From Chiloscyllium plagiosum (taxonomy: Eukaryota), in NCBI RefSeq assembly GCF_004010195.1, contig NC_057753.1, positions 8,217,309 through 8,281,308 of the forward strand: a stretch of DNA of 64,000 bases, read 5' to 3'. Positions within the stretch are counted from its first letter, which is position 1, and the number at the start of each line of letters is the position of its first letter. The translations under genes and the position numbers were made by a program. Of the stretch, positions 1-12,859 are shown piece after piece. Below the pieces are notes generated by a model, which ran no database searches, was not told the origin of the DNA, and worked only from the letters and a program-made list of their open reading frames with translations.

Positions 1-434
1 CAAGAAAGAACCCACTCTACTCACTTCTGCAGATTCTCTGTAGGCCACACTTAAACCAACGATTAGCTAATCTGATTCTGTGCTGTGAACTTGGTCCAAC
101 AGTTCCTCCATGATCAGTTGTGAATTTCACTGTTTGTTAATTTTCTCAGATGCACTTCGATGTCCAGCGATACTTGAATTCAAACATCAAAGGAAGTAAC
201 TGCAGGTTCTCTCTCTCTCTCTCTTGCATTGTCCTCACCATGTGCTTCCTTTGTCTGTTCCTCGCCCTTTTAAAACTGCTGTTGTTTTGATTTTTTTTCC
301 AAAGTTCCAAAACAATACAGCAGCATATAAAACAGTAACTGTTGCTCCTGGAATTCGAGGAAACCACCTTCAGCTCTTAAGATACATCAGAAAAGGAGCA
401 GCTGCTACAGCCAGAATTTTTTCCCGTCCTCCAT

Positions 435-945
435 CTTGGGTGAAACTTGAAAAGGTTCAGAAAAGATTTACAAGAATGTTGCCAGGGTTGGAGGATTTGA
501 GCTATAGGGAGAGGCTGAACAGGCTGGGGCTGTTTTCCCTGAAGCGTCGGAGGCTGAGAAGTGACGATATAGAGATTTATAAAATCATGAGGGGCATGTA
601 TAGGATACATAGACAAGGTCTTTATCCCATGGGGTGGGGGAGTCCAGAACTAGAGGGCATGGGTTTAGGGTGAGAGGGGAAAATATAAAAAAGACCTAAG
701 GGGCAATATTTTCACACAGAGGGTAGTACGTGCATGGAATGATCTGCCAGAGGAAATGGTGAAGGCTTATACATTTGCAATATTTAAAAGGCATTTGGAT
801 GGGTATATGAATAGGAAGGGTTTGGAGGGGTATGGGCCGGGTGCTGGCAGGTAGGACTAGACTGGTTTGGGATTTCTGGTCAGCATGGACAGGTTGGACC
901 GAAGGGTCTGTTTCCGTGCTGTACATCTCTTTGACTCTATGACTC
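435..945 (+). mobile_element. CR1-clade LINE, 5'-truncated 3' fragment (ORF2 C-terminus, 3' UTR, tail)
   Basis: Translation LEKVQKRFTRMLPGLEDLSYRERLNRLGLFSL...YKIMRG is the typical CR1 ORF2 C-terminus; ends in GGACCGAAGGGTCTGTTTCC...TTTGACTCTATGACTCTA tail. Confidence 0.9.
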
Positions 946-1130
946 TAAGTGTTGGAGTCAGTCTCACACGGAACCAGGGTCTTTGCATTTTCTCTTCGTT
1001 TGGTGAAACTAGAGTTTTGGAAAAAGCTCCGGCTCTTTCTCTATTACTGCAATAATAGTAAAAAAAACAGCTCTCTATTTACTGCTGTTTTTGTGTGTTC
1101 GGGTTTGCCCTTTCTCCCAGAATAGAAATA

Positions 1131-2575
1131 TCAAGTGATGGGTAATGTTGTCCCACTTTTGAAGAAAGGAGGGAGAGAGAACACAGGGAATTATAGACCA
1201 GTTTGTCTGATGTCAGTGGTGGGAAAGATCCTGAAGTCAATAATAAAAGATGAATTTACGACTCATTTGGATAGCAGAAACAGGATAGCTCAGAGACAGC
1301 ATGGACTTATGAAGTGGAAATCATGCTTGACTAATTTTCTGGTTTTTTTGAAGATGAAACTATGAAGATGAACAAAAGAGACACAGTGGATGTAGTGTAC
1401 CTCGACTTTTTGATAAAGTCCCACATAGGAGATTAGTGAGCAAAATGATGGCACATGGTGTTGGGGCCAAAATACTGACCTTGAATGAAAATTGGCTGGC
1501 TGACAGGAAGCAAAGAGTCGTGATAAAAAGATCCCTTTTGGAATGGCAGGTAATGACTAGTGGGGTACAACAAGGTTCGGTGCTGAGACCACAGCTGTTA
1601 CAATATACATTAATGATTTAGATGAAGGTATTAAAAGTAACAGTAGCAAATTTGCTGATGACGTAAAGCTGGGTGGCAAGATGAAATGTCAGGAGGATAT
1701 TATGAGAATACAGGGGGACTTGGACAGGCTAAGTAAATGGACGGATGCATGTCAGATGCAGTTTAATGTGGAGAAATGCACGGTTATCCATTTTGGTGGG
1801 AAGAACAGGAAGGCAGATTACTATCTAAATAGAGGCAAGTTGGTAAAGGGAAATAAAATGAGATCTAAGTGCTCTTATACATCATCAATGAAAGCAAACA
1901 TGCAGGTACAGACGGCAGTGAGGAAAGCTAATGGCATGCTGGCCTTCAAAACAAGAAGAATTGAATATAGGAGCAAAGAGGTCATTCTGCAGCTGTACAG
2001 GGCCCTGGTGAGACCGCACCTGGAGAATTGTGTGCAGCTCTGGTCTCCAAATTTGAGGAAGGACATTCTGGCTATTGAGGGAGTGCAGCATAATTTAACA
2101 AAGTCAATTCCTGGAATGGCAGGACTATCATATGTTGAAAAACTGAAGCGACTGAGCTTGTATACTCATGAGATTAGAATGATGAGAGGGGATCTGATTG
2201 AGACGTATAAGATTATTAAAGGATTGGACACTCTGGAGGCAGGAAGCATATTTCCACTGATGGGTGAGTTCAGAACCAGCGGACATAGTTTAAAAATAAG
2301 GGGAAGGACATTTAGAACCGAGTTAAGGAGAAACTTGTTCACCCAGAGAATGGTGGATATATGGAATGCCCTGCCTCAGAAGGCAGAGGAGTTCAAGTCT
2401 CTGGATACTTTCAAGAAAGGGATGGATAGAGCTCTTAAAGATAGTGGAATCCAGGGTTATGGGGATAAGGCAGGAACAGGATACTGATTGTGGATGATCA
2501 GCCACGGTCATAATGAATGGTGGTGCTGCTTCGAAGGACCGAATGGCCGACTCCTACACCCCTTGACTATTGATT
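1131..2575 (+). mobile_element. CR1-clade LINE, decayed RT region plus 3' end
   Basis: Frameshifted pieces NYRPVCLMSVVGK, QHG..KSCLTN, SGVQQGSVL, FADD, then ORF 1681-2487 with LYRALVRPHLE. Confidence 0.92.
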
Positions 2576-2628
2576 GGACACTCCCTGCTCTGCCCCACAC
2601 TGACACCAGGAGGCCTCCAAAAACCTGG

Positions 2629-2690
2629 CCTGACTCCAGGTGTCCTGCACACTCCCTGTCCTGACTCCAGGCGTCCTGCACACTTCCCGT
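2629..2690. repeat. Two-copy 31-bp tandem repeat
   Basis: cctgactccaggtgtcctgcacactccctgt followed by cctgactccaggcgtcctgcacacttcccgt. Confidence 0.8.
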
Positions 2691-2911
2691 CTCTCACATT
2701 TGGAATGTCAGGTGGAGAAACTGAAGGAGATTGAGGTGAGATTTGAGCAAAGTCTCTCGTTTAATGATAGCGTTGGATAGTACAGAAAAGGAGCATTTAA
2801 TAGCCACCCCTTTTGTCCTTTAGATGAAAATAATCATGAGCTACATCTTGAACTGCTGCAGTGCACCCACACTGGCATGAGGGAGGGGATTTCAGTATTC
2901 TGACCTAGGGA

Positions 2912-3190
2912 AACAAACAACAAAGTTCAAAGAGGATTTACAGCCCAAGAACAGGTCTTTCGGCACTTCAAGCCTGAGCCGATCCAAACCTACTCTCTAA
3001 ACCTGTCGCCCAATTCCTAAGCATCTATGTCCCTCTGCTCCCCACCTACTCATGCATCTTCAATGAATCTACAACGCCTGCCTCTACTACCTCTGCTGTC
3101 AACGCGTTCTAGACACCCACCACCCTCTGTGTAAAGTACTTGTTGCGTGTATCCTACTTAAACTTTTCACCTCTCGCTTTGAAAGCATGT
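2912..3190 (-). mobile_element. CR1 3'-end fragment
   Basis: Reverse complement reads KYFTQRVVGV.NAL-type C-terminal coding sequence followed by a GCCGAAAGACCTGTTC 3' UTR. Confidence 0.7.
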
Positions 3191-3199
3191 CCTCCTTAT

Positions 3200-4013
3200 T
3201 ATTCGAAAGTATTCACTCTCGAATACGACAATGTTGTCGAGGAGAATACTGAGATACAGGCTACTAGAGTAGGTGTGATTTATGTTCACAGGGAAGAGGT
3301 ATTAGAAATGCAGCAGGGTGTGAAAATAGGTAACTCCCCTGGGCCAGATGGGATTTATCCTATGATCCTCTGGGAAGCCAGGGTGGAGATTGCCGAGCCT
3401 TTGGCATTGATGTTTAAGTCGTCATTGTCTAAAGGAATAATGCCAGAAGACTGGAGTATAGCAAATTAGGTTCCCCTGTTCAAGAAGGGGAGTAGAGACA
3501 ACCCTGGTAATTATAGATCAGTGAGCCTTATGTCAGATGTTGGTAAAGTGTTCGAAAAGGTTATAAGAGATGGATTTATAAGCATCTAGAAAAGAATAAT
3601 TTGATGAGGGATAGTCAGCACGGTTTTGTGAAGGGTAGGTCGTGCCTCACAAACCGTAATGAGTTCTTTGAGAGGGTGACCAAACAGGTAGATGAGAGTA
3701 AACCGGTTGATGTGGTGTACATGGATTCTAGCAAGGCGTTTGATAAGATTCCCCACAATAGGCTATTGTACAAAATGCGGAAGAATGGGATTGTAGGAGA
3801 TACTGCAATTTGGATCAGTAATTGGCTTGCTGAAAGAAGACAGAGGGTGGTGGTTGATGGAAAATGTTCATCCTGGAGTCCAGTTACTAGTGGTATACCG
3901 CAAGGTTCGGTTTTGGGTCCACTGCTGTTCGTCATTTTTATAAACGTCCTGGATGAGGGCGTAGAAGGGTGGGTTAGTAAATTTGCAGACGACACTAAGG
4001 TCGGTGGAGTTGT
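3200..4013 (+). mobile_element. CR1 ORF2 fragment (RT domain)
   Basis: [50 protein letters not shown], with an in-frame stop at 3467-3469. Confidence 0.92.
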
Positions 4014-4026
4014 TTGGTAGTTAAAA

Positions 4027-4180
4027 AGGTAAAAACAATGACTGCAGATGCTGAAAACCAGATTCTGGATTAGTGGTGCTGGAAGAGCACAGCAGTTTAG
4101 GCAGCATCCGATGGAACAGTAAAATCGACGTTTCGGGCAAAAGCCTTTCATTCCAGCATCTGCAGTCATTGTTTTTACCT
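4027..4180. mobile_element. Penelope-like terminal remnant with 27-bp perfect terminal inverted repeat
   Basis: aggtaaaaacaatgactgcagatgctg (4027-4053) and its exact reverse complement (4154-4180). The minus strand carries GGCTTTTGCCCGAAACGTCGA, shared with the hammerhead-type inserts. Confidence 0.7.
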
Positions 4181-4204
4181 AGTTCATTTTAACCCTACCC
4201 TAAA

Positions 4205-5530
4205 TGTTTATATTTAGAAAAGAATGGGCTATCAGTGATAGGCAACATGGTATTGTGCAGGAGAAAACGTGCCTTACCAACCTATTAAAGTCCTTCGAGG
4301 AAGTGACCAGATGAAGGAAGGGCTGTTGATGTCATAGACATGGACTTTAGTAAAGGGTTGGATATGGTTCCCATTTTTAGAATAATGGAGAAAGTTAAGT
4401 CACATGATGTGCAGGGTGTTCTAGCTAGGTGGATAAAGAACTGGTTGAGCAACAGGAGACAGAGAGTAGTAGTTGAAGCGAGTTTCTCGAAAGGGAGAAA
4501 GGTTACCAGTGGTGTTCCACAGGAATCAGTGTTGGGACACTGTTTTCATAATACACATAAATGATCAGGAAGTGGGCACTATTGGTATGATCAGCAAGTT
4601 TGCAGATGACACGAAGAGTGGTGGAGTAGCAGAAAACATAAGGGACTGTCAAAGAATACAGGATGATATGCATAGACTGGTGAGTTAGGCGCAAAAGTGG
4701 CAGGTCGATTTCAATCCAGACAAATGTGAGGTGATGCATTTAGGCAAGACTACGTCTCGAGCGAATTATACAATGAATGGATGAGCCTCGGGAAAGGTTG
4801 ATTGGCAGAGAGATCCAGGAGTGCAGGTCTATTGTACCCTGAGGTTTGCTGCATAAATGGAAAGAGTGGTCCAGACGACATATAGTATGCTTGCTTTATT
4901 GGACAGGGTATTGAGTTTAAGAGCTTGCAAGTCATTTTAAAATTGTAGAAGACATTGGTTCAGCCGCATGTAGAATATTGTGCATAGTTCTGGTCGTCAC
5001 ATTATCAAAAAGATGTGGACGCTTTGGAGAGGGTGCAGCGAAGGTTTACGAGGATGTTGTGTGGAGTGGAAGGTGCGAGCTATGCAGAGAGGCTGAGTAG
5101 GTTAGGTTTATTTTCATTAGAAAAAAGAAGGTTGAGGGTGGAACCTGATTGAGCTTTACAAAACCATAAAGGACATAGACAACGTGGATAAAGATAAGTT
5201 TTTTTTCCGAGGGAGAAGGACTCAATAACGAGATGTCACGCTTTCAAGGTAAGAGGTGGAAGGTTTAAGGGGCATACACACGGCAAGTACTTCACACAGA
5301 GGGTGGTGGGTGTTTGGAATGCTTTGCCAGCAAACGTGGTACAGGCAGGCATGGTAGATTCATTTAAGATGCGTCTGAACAAATGCATGAGTTGGTGGGG
5401 AGCAGAGGGATACAGATGTTTAGGAATGGACTGACAGGTTTAGACAGTACATTGGGATCAGCCCGGGCTTGTAGGGCGGAAGGGCGTGTTCCTGGGCTGC
5501 AAATTTTCTTTGTTTTTTCTTTGTTCTCTT
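4205..5530 (+). mobile_element. Decayed CR1 RT and 3' end (paralog of 28058-29362)
   Basis: MDFSKG.D.VP, SGVPQ.SVLG, KFADDTK, FTQRVV motifs with stops and frameshifts. Confidence 0.88.
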
Positions 5531-5534
5531 CGCA

Positions 5535-6220
5535 TCCTTCCAATCGTCCAGTACGACTCCCGTGGAGAGTGAGGAGGCAAAGCTCTTCGCCAGCGGCTTA
5601 GCAACCTCCTTTCGCGCTTCCGGAGCAGCTTAGGATAATTCTTGTCTGGCACTAGGGACTTATCTTTCTTAATGTTGGCCAAAATTACCAGCACACCAAT
5701 TTCATCAATCTTGATCTGGTCAAGCCTGCATCCCAGCTGTTCAATGTTTTCATTCACAACAAAGTCCCTTTCCTTAGTGACCACCGAAACAAAAAAACTA
5801 ATTTGGGGCTTCCACTATCTGCTCAGACTCAAAGCTTAAGCTCCCTCCGCTATCCCTGATCGTCCCTACATTCGCCCTGATCATTCTCTTATTCCTCATG
5901 TATGAGTAAACTGTCTTGGTGTTCTCCCTAATTCTCTTGCCAAGACTTTTCTGTGCCCCTCCTGGCTTTCATCAGTCTATTTCTAAGCTCCATTCTAGTA
6001 AGCCTGTAATCCTGTAAAGCTGTGCTCGATACTTGCTTCCTCCAAATTATGCAAGCTGCCTTCTTCCTTTTGACGAGAAGCTCCTCTGTTCTCGTCATGC
6101 AAGGTTCTTTAATCTTGCCCCTTCTTACCTGTTTCAAAGGAACAAATTCGTGCAACACTCGCGCAACTGCTCCTTAAATAGTCTCCACATTTATGCTGTG
6201 CACTTTCTGTGGAACAATTG
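5535..6220 (-). mobile_element. Decayed CR1 ORF2 fragment (linker region between APE and RT)
   Basis: Minus-strand translations ...ILANIKKDKS..PDKNYPKLL and VPLKQVRRGKIKEPCMT. Confidence 0.8.
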
Positions 6221-6394
6221 CAGCACTGAAGATGTCACTTACAAATGGGACAAAACATCTGGAAACCACCTTCCTAGCTGGACGGACATGCCCATAGCAA
6301 CTGCAACCAGCACCCCAGCTACAAATATTTACACAGACCTTAAATAAATAACACGACAGTGCTGACGTATGCATCTCAATGCAGAGGAGCTGCA

Positions 6395-6725
6395 TGCGAT
6401 GGCCTAGTGGCATTATTCAAGGCTCAGGGAATGTTTGCTGTTATTGCTGTCAGATCTGGCTATGGCAGATAGTGGACTTTGAATTCAATATAAATGTGGA
6501 TTTAAAAATCTAATGACAACAATGAAACTGACGTTGATTGTCAGTGATAGAATTAAACATATCTGATTCACTAATATTCTGTAGGGAAGAAAACTTGATT
6601 GGCCTACATGTTAAGTCCAGACCCTCAACACTCTGGTTTGCTCTCAACTGTATTCTGGATATTTAGAGATGAGCAGTGAATGCTGGCCGATCCAAAGACG
6701 CCCGTACACTCTGAATGAACTTTCA
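6395..6725 (+). mobile_element. Old SINE-like repeat (paralog about 30533-30865)
   Basis: Degenerate match, from memory, to a common shark repeat (ctgattcactaat...tagggaag...ggcctacatg...ccagacc...aatgctggcc...gacgccc...tgaatgaa). Confidence 0.45.
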
Positions 6726-7146
6726 GGAAAAGGGACACTTGAAGCCATTTCTCAATTTGCCCACCAAATTCCTCCTTTGTGTTTGAATCTCAGCACAATC
6801 CATGACAGGACTTGAAAACTGCAAACCAAATTCTGGTTTAAAACGACCTGTCAATCAAAGAAACAGAAGAAGAACATGAACAGCAAGGGACTCTGCCCTA
6901 GTACCATGTCGGTAAGAGAAAAAGAAGCCCAATATTGAAATGTAAATGATTTCATCATGTTTGTTAAGAGACTATAATTAATGGCATACTCCATGGAGGC
7001 TAATTGTGAGTCTCGAGGATTACACTCTTCTATTAATAAGGGACTGTTCTCAAACTGTTATTCAACACGGCCAATGGGAGCATCACATACGAAAACAGAT
7101 AAATAACGAAGAGAATCTGATATTGACAAGCATTTGTATTACAACG

Positions 7147-7324
7147 ATGGATCTGCATCTGAGGACCCGAGATTTGAACGCTACAACAATGGACAAGAGT
7201 TATTATTGGTCACTTTTCTATCTTACATATTATAACTGGCTGAAATTCGAACAGCGGGTTCAATATGTACTTGAAGTAATTCAAGGAGGTTACTATCCTA
7301 TCCTCGCTATCATTGGAGTTCCCG
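7147..7324 (+). CDS. GPR139/GPR142-like class A GPCR, copy A, coding exon 1 (N-terminus and start of TM1)
   Basis: MDLHLRTRDLNATTMDKSYYW...YYPILAIIGVP, then G|gtaggt phase-1 donor at 7325; N-glycosylation sequon NAT; only 4 nt differences from copy B exon 1. Confidence 0.85.
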
Positions 7325-7654
7325 GTAGGTTTCTTTATATCATTAATAATTCTGTATACCATGGTTCCTTCATTAATTGCCTATGACTAGAAAACTAAGC
7401 ACATATTTATTTTCACATCGAGTCATGTTCTGCATTCTCTAATGATTAATTACATTGCTCTACCTTACCAATCCCAGATACTGGGGTAATGTGTTCGCAT
7501 GTTGCTCACTCCGTTTGCTTATTTCTGAGCTGAGCAGAGTGACATTGCCTTTTTTGGGTCATTCAAAATTTAAAACACTCTCGTATCTCAATTCAAAACA
7601 CTGACCTATTGCACTTTATATTACTTATTCCCAAATATTCCTCAATGCAAATAG

Positions 7655-8730
7655 ATAGTAGAACACAGAACACTACAGCGCAGTACAGGCCTTTCGGCCC
7701 TCGATGTCGAGCCGACCTGTGGAACAAATCTGACGCCCAGCCAGACCATACCATTCCATTTTCATCGTTACGTTTACCCAGCGAACATTTAAATGCCCTT
7801 AAGTTGCAAACAGTGCGTTCCGCGCCCTTATTATTCTGACATCTAAAGACACTACCTCTGATATCTTTCTTATGTTTATCAAAACTCAATTTAAAGCTAA
7901 GCCCCCTTTACGAGGCATCATCATTCGAGGGAAATGGTTTTCACTGTGTACCTTCTCTAACTCTCTGATTATCTGATGTGTCCATTATGTGCCTCTCAAA
8001 CTTGTTCAACTGAAAACTGCCTCAAGTCCCTCAGCCTTTCCTCATAAGACCTTCCAGCCATACCAGGCAACATGCCAGTAAATATATTCTAAACCCTTTC
8101 CAAAGCTTCCACATCCTTCTTGTAATGCGGTGACCAGAACGTTACTCTTTACTCCAAGTGCGGCCGTACAAAGTTTTGTAAGCTGCATCATGATCTTGTG
8201 GCTCCGAAACTCAATCCATCTACCATTAAAAGGTAACACATCGTATGCCATCTTAACAACCTTATCAACCTGCGTTGTAACTTTTACAGACCTATGCATT
8301 TGGATGCCGATATCTCTGCTAATCTGCACTACCAAGAACCTTACCATTAGCCCAGCGTTCTTTATTCCTGTTGCTCTTTCCAAAGTGAATCAGCTCACTC
8401 TTTTCCGCATTAAAATCCATTTGCCACATCTCAGCCCATCTCTGCAGCTTACCTATGCCCCTCTCTAACCAGCAACATTATTCAGTACTATTCATAACTC
8501 TACCGATCTTCGCATCATCTGCAAATTTACTGATTCATCCTTCTACACCCTCATCTCGGTAAATTATATAATTGACCATCAGCAGTGGCCTACAATAGAT
8601 ATTTACGATACGCCACTCGTAACTGAACTGAAGGAAGATTTCCCATCCACCACACCCTCTGTCTTCTTTCAGCTAGCCAATTTCTGATCAAAACGTGAAG
8701 ATCTCACTCAACCCCATGCCTCCGCATTTT
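7655..8730 (-). mobile_element. CR1 3' portion in GPCR intron (paralog 32565-33640)
   Basis: Minus strand has KFADD, QVDKVVK.AY and a GAGGGCCGAAAGGCCTGTACTGCGCTGTAGTGTTCTGTGTTCTA tail. Confidence 0.85.
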
Positions 8731-9211
8731 GCTCAATAACGCTTGTTTTATTATTAAATCCAGACTTGACTCTTCCATGTTATCCAGGCCATCTTTCAGA
8801 TCGTTTCTTCCTAAACCAGAAGGTAGCCTTAATATTTCCACTAGTATTCAAACTCAGACGAAATACTGTTCATCCTTCAGGACTCTGCTCAACGATCACC
8901 ATTGTTTTGTGGTCTACAGGAGTTCAATTATTTTCAACCATCACATATTCCGACACTATTATAGTTTATCCAGATCACCGTGTATTTCATTCCCTCAGTA
9001 ACGTATTAATGTTGGGCATAGAACCCTTCAGTATCTCAGGAATTCTGAATGGTGCTGAATTCTGAGTTGACATTAATTCAGCTATGTCTGAAGAAATCTC
9101 ATAGTCAATCAAGAATTGCAAAAATGATTTCATCTTTATTGCATGAAGCAACCAAAATCAGACCCTTCAAATGAACTCGGTAAGCTTCACAACTCAACTT
9201 GGCTATTGTCT

Positions 9212-9350
9212 GACAAAGTTAAAAATCACATAACACAAGGTTATAGTTGAACAGGTTTATTTGGATGCAGAAGCTTTAGGTCTGAAAGCTTGTACTTCCA
9301 AATAAATCTGTTCGATTCTAACCTGGTGTTGCGGGAATTTTAACATTGTC
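9212..9350. repeat. Imperfect ~140-bp palindrome, probable inverted Penelope-like end pair
   Basis: gacaaagttaaaaatcacataacacaaggttatag...tttatttgga..aagcttt mirrored by aaagcttg..tccaaataaa...ctaacctggtgttgcgggaattttaacattgtc. Confidence 0.7.
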
Positions 9351-10079
9351 CAGCCAAGTTCAATATTGGTACCTTCAATATTATCAGGTTCATGATGGAA
9401 CTTGTCCCCGATTCTTCCAGTGATGTCTCTGGATGTTGTCAGCGTTGAATCTTGATAAAATGTCGTTCTGCAGAGTTCTGCTAAAAGAGAGTTCTGGTTT
9501 ACAAATCTCAAACAGAGTTTCACCCTTCAAGTCTACGATGCAATATATTGATGATTCTTTAGAGTCCTTCTATCCAAAGTATTTATTATTCTTTTGGGGT
9601 CTTTGAAACTGCAACATGTTTCATTGTCAGAAGAAGCTTCTTCGTTCGTTGTTGCATTTGTCCTCAACTAATTGTTGAAGATACAGTTTTACTCTATTTA
9701 ACTTCTTGAATGCTGCTGAAGGGCAATCAGTTGTTCTTTAATGCAGCAAATCAGCCACTCATGAAGCAGTTGGCAAGTCAGTTTCATTTACGCACTTCCG
9801 ACTTTTTTCCAAGACATAATTAATTGCGATCAATCACTCTATCAGAATGTGTATTTCCCGCTTAAAAGCTTATTTCTTACTGATGTATTGCTGACACATT
9901 CTGTCTGTGACAATTTATCTTTGGTTCAGTTATTCAATTCATGAGTAGTTATGGAAGCTTTGGCTTCTGTAATACCACAAGAAGTATTCCCTCTTTGATG
10001 CTCCGCTCGAATTAAGGGCATTATAAAACTCATGTGGTTGAGTCTATAGGATTAATTTAAATTATCTTACCGAGCCTGA

Positions 10080-12310
10080 CACCCCGGAGACGGCCCGTTT
10101 GCACAAACTGGTTCATGCTAATCAAAATGGCCATTGATGCTAACCTCATATCTATGCACTTGGCCTGTATCCTCCTATTCCTTTCCTTTCCTTGCATTTG
10201 TTCAAATGAATTTAAAAGCTGTTAATGTACCCACCTCAAAAACTTCCAATGGCAACTCATTTTATATGCATCCCAGCCTTTGTGCAAAAATGTTGTCCCG
10301 CAGGTTCACTTTTATTCATTCCCCTCTAACCTTAAACTGATGTTCTCTAGTCCCAACCCTGGCTTTTCATGCTCTGTTATGTCAGATATCCCCTCGTCTC
10401 CGGAACGCTAAAAAAAAATTCCTGGATTGTCTCCCTATAACTCATGCCTGAATCCGGGAAATATCCTTGTACATTTTTTCTACACTGTTTCCAGTTTAAT
10501 GACATCTTTCCGATAGCAAGGTGATCAAAACGGAACACAATGCTGCAAGTTGGGATTGAATGACGTCCTGTACAACTGCAAAATAACGTCAGAACTTCTG
10601 TGTCCGTGTCCTGACTGATGAAGTCCAGTGTGCCAATAGCCTTTTTCACTGCCCTGTCTACCTGTGACTCCACTTTCAGAGAACTGTGAACCTGAATTCC
10701 AGGGTCCCTCTGTTGAATTACTCTCTGTAAGGCACTTCCTTTCACCATGAACTCCTATCTTGATTCGACTTTCCAAAACGCAAGACCTCATGCTTACCAA
10801 TATTATACTCCATTTGTCATGTTTCAGCCCAAATGATCCTGATCCTGATATACTTTCTGACAACCTGCACTGTCCATGATAACGTCTATTTTATTGTCAT
10901 CTGCAAATTTACTGATCATACCTTGTACATTGCCATCCAAATTATTGATAGAATTACCAAAGACAATTGGGGAAGCACCAATCCCTGAGGCATTCGAATA
11001 GTAACGCTTTCCCAGTCCGACAAGAATCTTTCCAATATTTCCCTCTGTTTTCTACAATCAAGACAATTGTGTATCCAAGTTGCCAGCTCCCCGGAATGAC
11101 TTGCCATCGAACCTTCCGGAGAAGCCTGTCGTGTGCAATCTAATCAAAGAACTTGCTGAATTCAATATAGACTCCGTCTGCCGCCCTGCGCCGTTATGCA
11201 CGGTTTAAACTGTCCGGATTACTTTAAAACCAGCAACACAGAAGAGATTTATCCCGTGCTGCAATCTGTTAAAAATATCGAGTTGCCAAGAACTATGTAA
11301 AGTAAAATTCACAACTTTATTTCTGAAAGCATAACAGAAAAAAATTACTTACCACTATTTACAATTTCTTTCTCTGACCTATTTTTACGTTCCATTCTCT
11401 AATACTAGTCCAATAAAACTCACAATTAAGATTTACAAAACAATAATTCTAATCATAAAATCAAAACAGCCGTAGGTTTTTGTCTTCGGATCTAACTGTG
11501 TCTTTGTTTCTCCTTGTTAGGACTTTCTGCGTTACAGGTTACTAATCCAAAAGGTAGTTTAAAGAGAGACATTTTTCAAACTAGGATGCTAGGATGTAAC
11601 ATTTCTCCTGTCAGCTGTCCAATGTTCCCCCGGTCTTTTTCCCCCAGAGCATTGGATTGTGCCATTAGCCTTTAGGATTGTCAATATACTCAAATAAAAC
11701 TTGATTGGAAGTTGTTACTTTCTTCGGGGTATAATTGAAACTGATTGGACGAATCCGAATTTCTGTCTGACCCAATGGAAACGAGCTAATCACGTTGATT
11801 TACGAAGTGTTACATGCATTGTTGTCTTATTGAGAACACTGGGGGCTTTGCCCGGTACTTCTGCTGCTTTTAACTCTCTTAAGGTACACCCACATCTTCA
11901 GAACCTACTTAGTGACTTCGTGAAAGAACACTGACAAATTTGTGAGTCATATCTCCCACGTCCAAAGCCATGTTGAAAATTCATTTTCAAACCCTATGTT
12001 TCCAAATGCATGTATACCTTACCTCTCAGAATCTTCTCACTTAACTTACTGATCTATCATTCCCAGGATTTTGTATACAGCCTTTCTTGAATTAAAGCAC
12101 AACATTCGCTACCCTTATGTTTTCAGGTACCTCACCCATAACTGATTATGATACAGACATATCAGGCCAGGCCCCTGAACTGTCGTCTCCAGGCTCTTGC
12201 TGGATTCTAAAACCAATCTGATTAGGACCAGGAGATCTTTATTTCTTCATTTTTACTAATAAATCCAACGCATCCTGTTATGTAGACTATACCCACGATC
12301 CCAAGACTTC
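10080..12310 (-). mobile_element. Old CR1 fragment interrupted by a solo LTR (paralog about 34830-37050)
   Basis: Minus strand has QRDPGIQVHSSLKVESQVDRAVKKA and KFADD; RT-like sequence resumes after 11905. Confidence 0.75.
11192..11905 (-). mobile_element. Solo LTR (probable Gypsy-type), about 710 bp
   Basis: Interrupts CR1 RT; termini resemble TGTTATG...CATAACA (tgttatg intact in the paralog at 35944); AATAAA on minus strand near 11315; homologous to 21470-22048. Confidence 0.65.
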
Positions 12311-12859
12311 ATATCATTGTGTCATTCTACACCTATTGGAAACATTAATTTATGAACAGTAAGACATTGAATGGGGTTTGTTATTTCTACTTATTGCAAA
12401 CAGGACATAACCAGTTAATCGTCTACGATATTAGCTCAAAATCATAGTGTAGATGTCATGAAACTGCTCGGTTAGAGCGTGGATGGTAAAGGTCACAATC
12501 ATGCAGTGTTATTGTTCAGATGTTGTTAGAATCTGTGTTCAATGCCTTGAATTGCTTCTAAATGTTATTATTTTTGTACCGTGTAAGGTGAAGGCAATTC
12601 ATGACATTGGGGAATTTAGTAAGGTTAATGATGGAGAGTCCACACAACCTCTCATGTGGAAATGTACGTACATAAATTTACTTCATTGCTTGTACTGATA
12701 TGCTGAGTTCATGAATTCTCAATCGAGTTTTCTTTGAGCAGCTGTCGACTCCAATTATTGACTTAATTGCCCATCAGCATTTGCAACAACACTTGACTCT
12801 ACTGCATGAATAAAACTTGGTCATTGTATGCTACATAAGATAAATATGCAGAGCTTTAC

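Noticed and set aside
1..434. Possible LINE 5' UTR on the minus strand
   Set aside because: Only a vague resemblance; no coding motif within the window to support it.
1681..2487. 268-aa ORF as a host gene or active RT
   Set aside because: It is the C-terminal part of a frameshifted CR1 ORF2.
3200..4013. Third segmental duplication with 56370-57175
   Set aside because: Similarity is confined to CR1 sequence with different flanks; best explained as independent copies of one subfamily.
7006..7146. N-terminal extension of the exon 1 ORF (and 31906-32046 in copy B)
   Set aside because: Starts differ between copies (GTG vs ATG), no receptor-like features; ATG 7147/32056 gives a typical N-terminus with a sequon.
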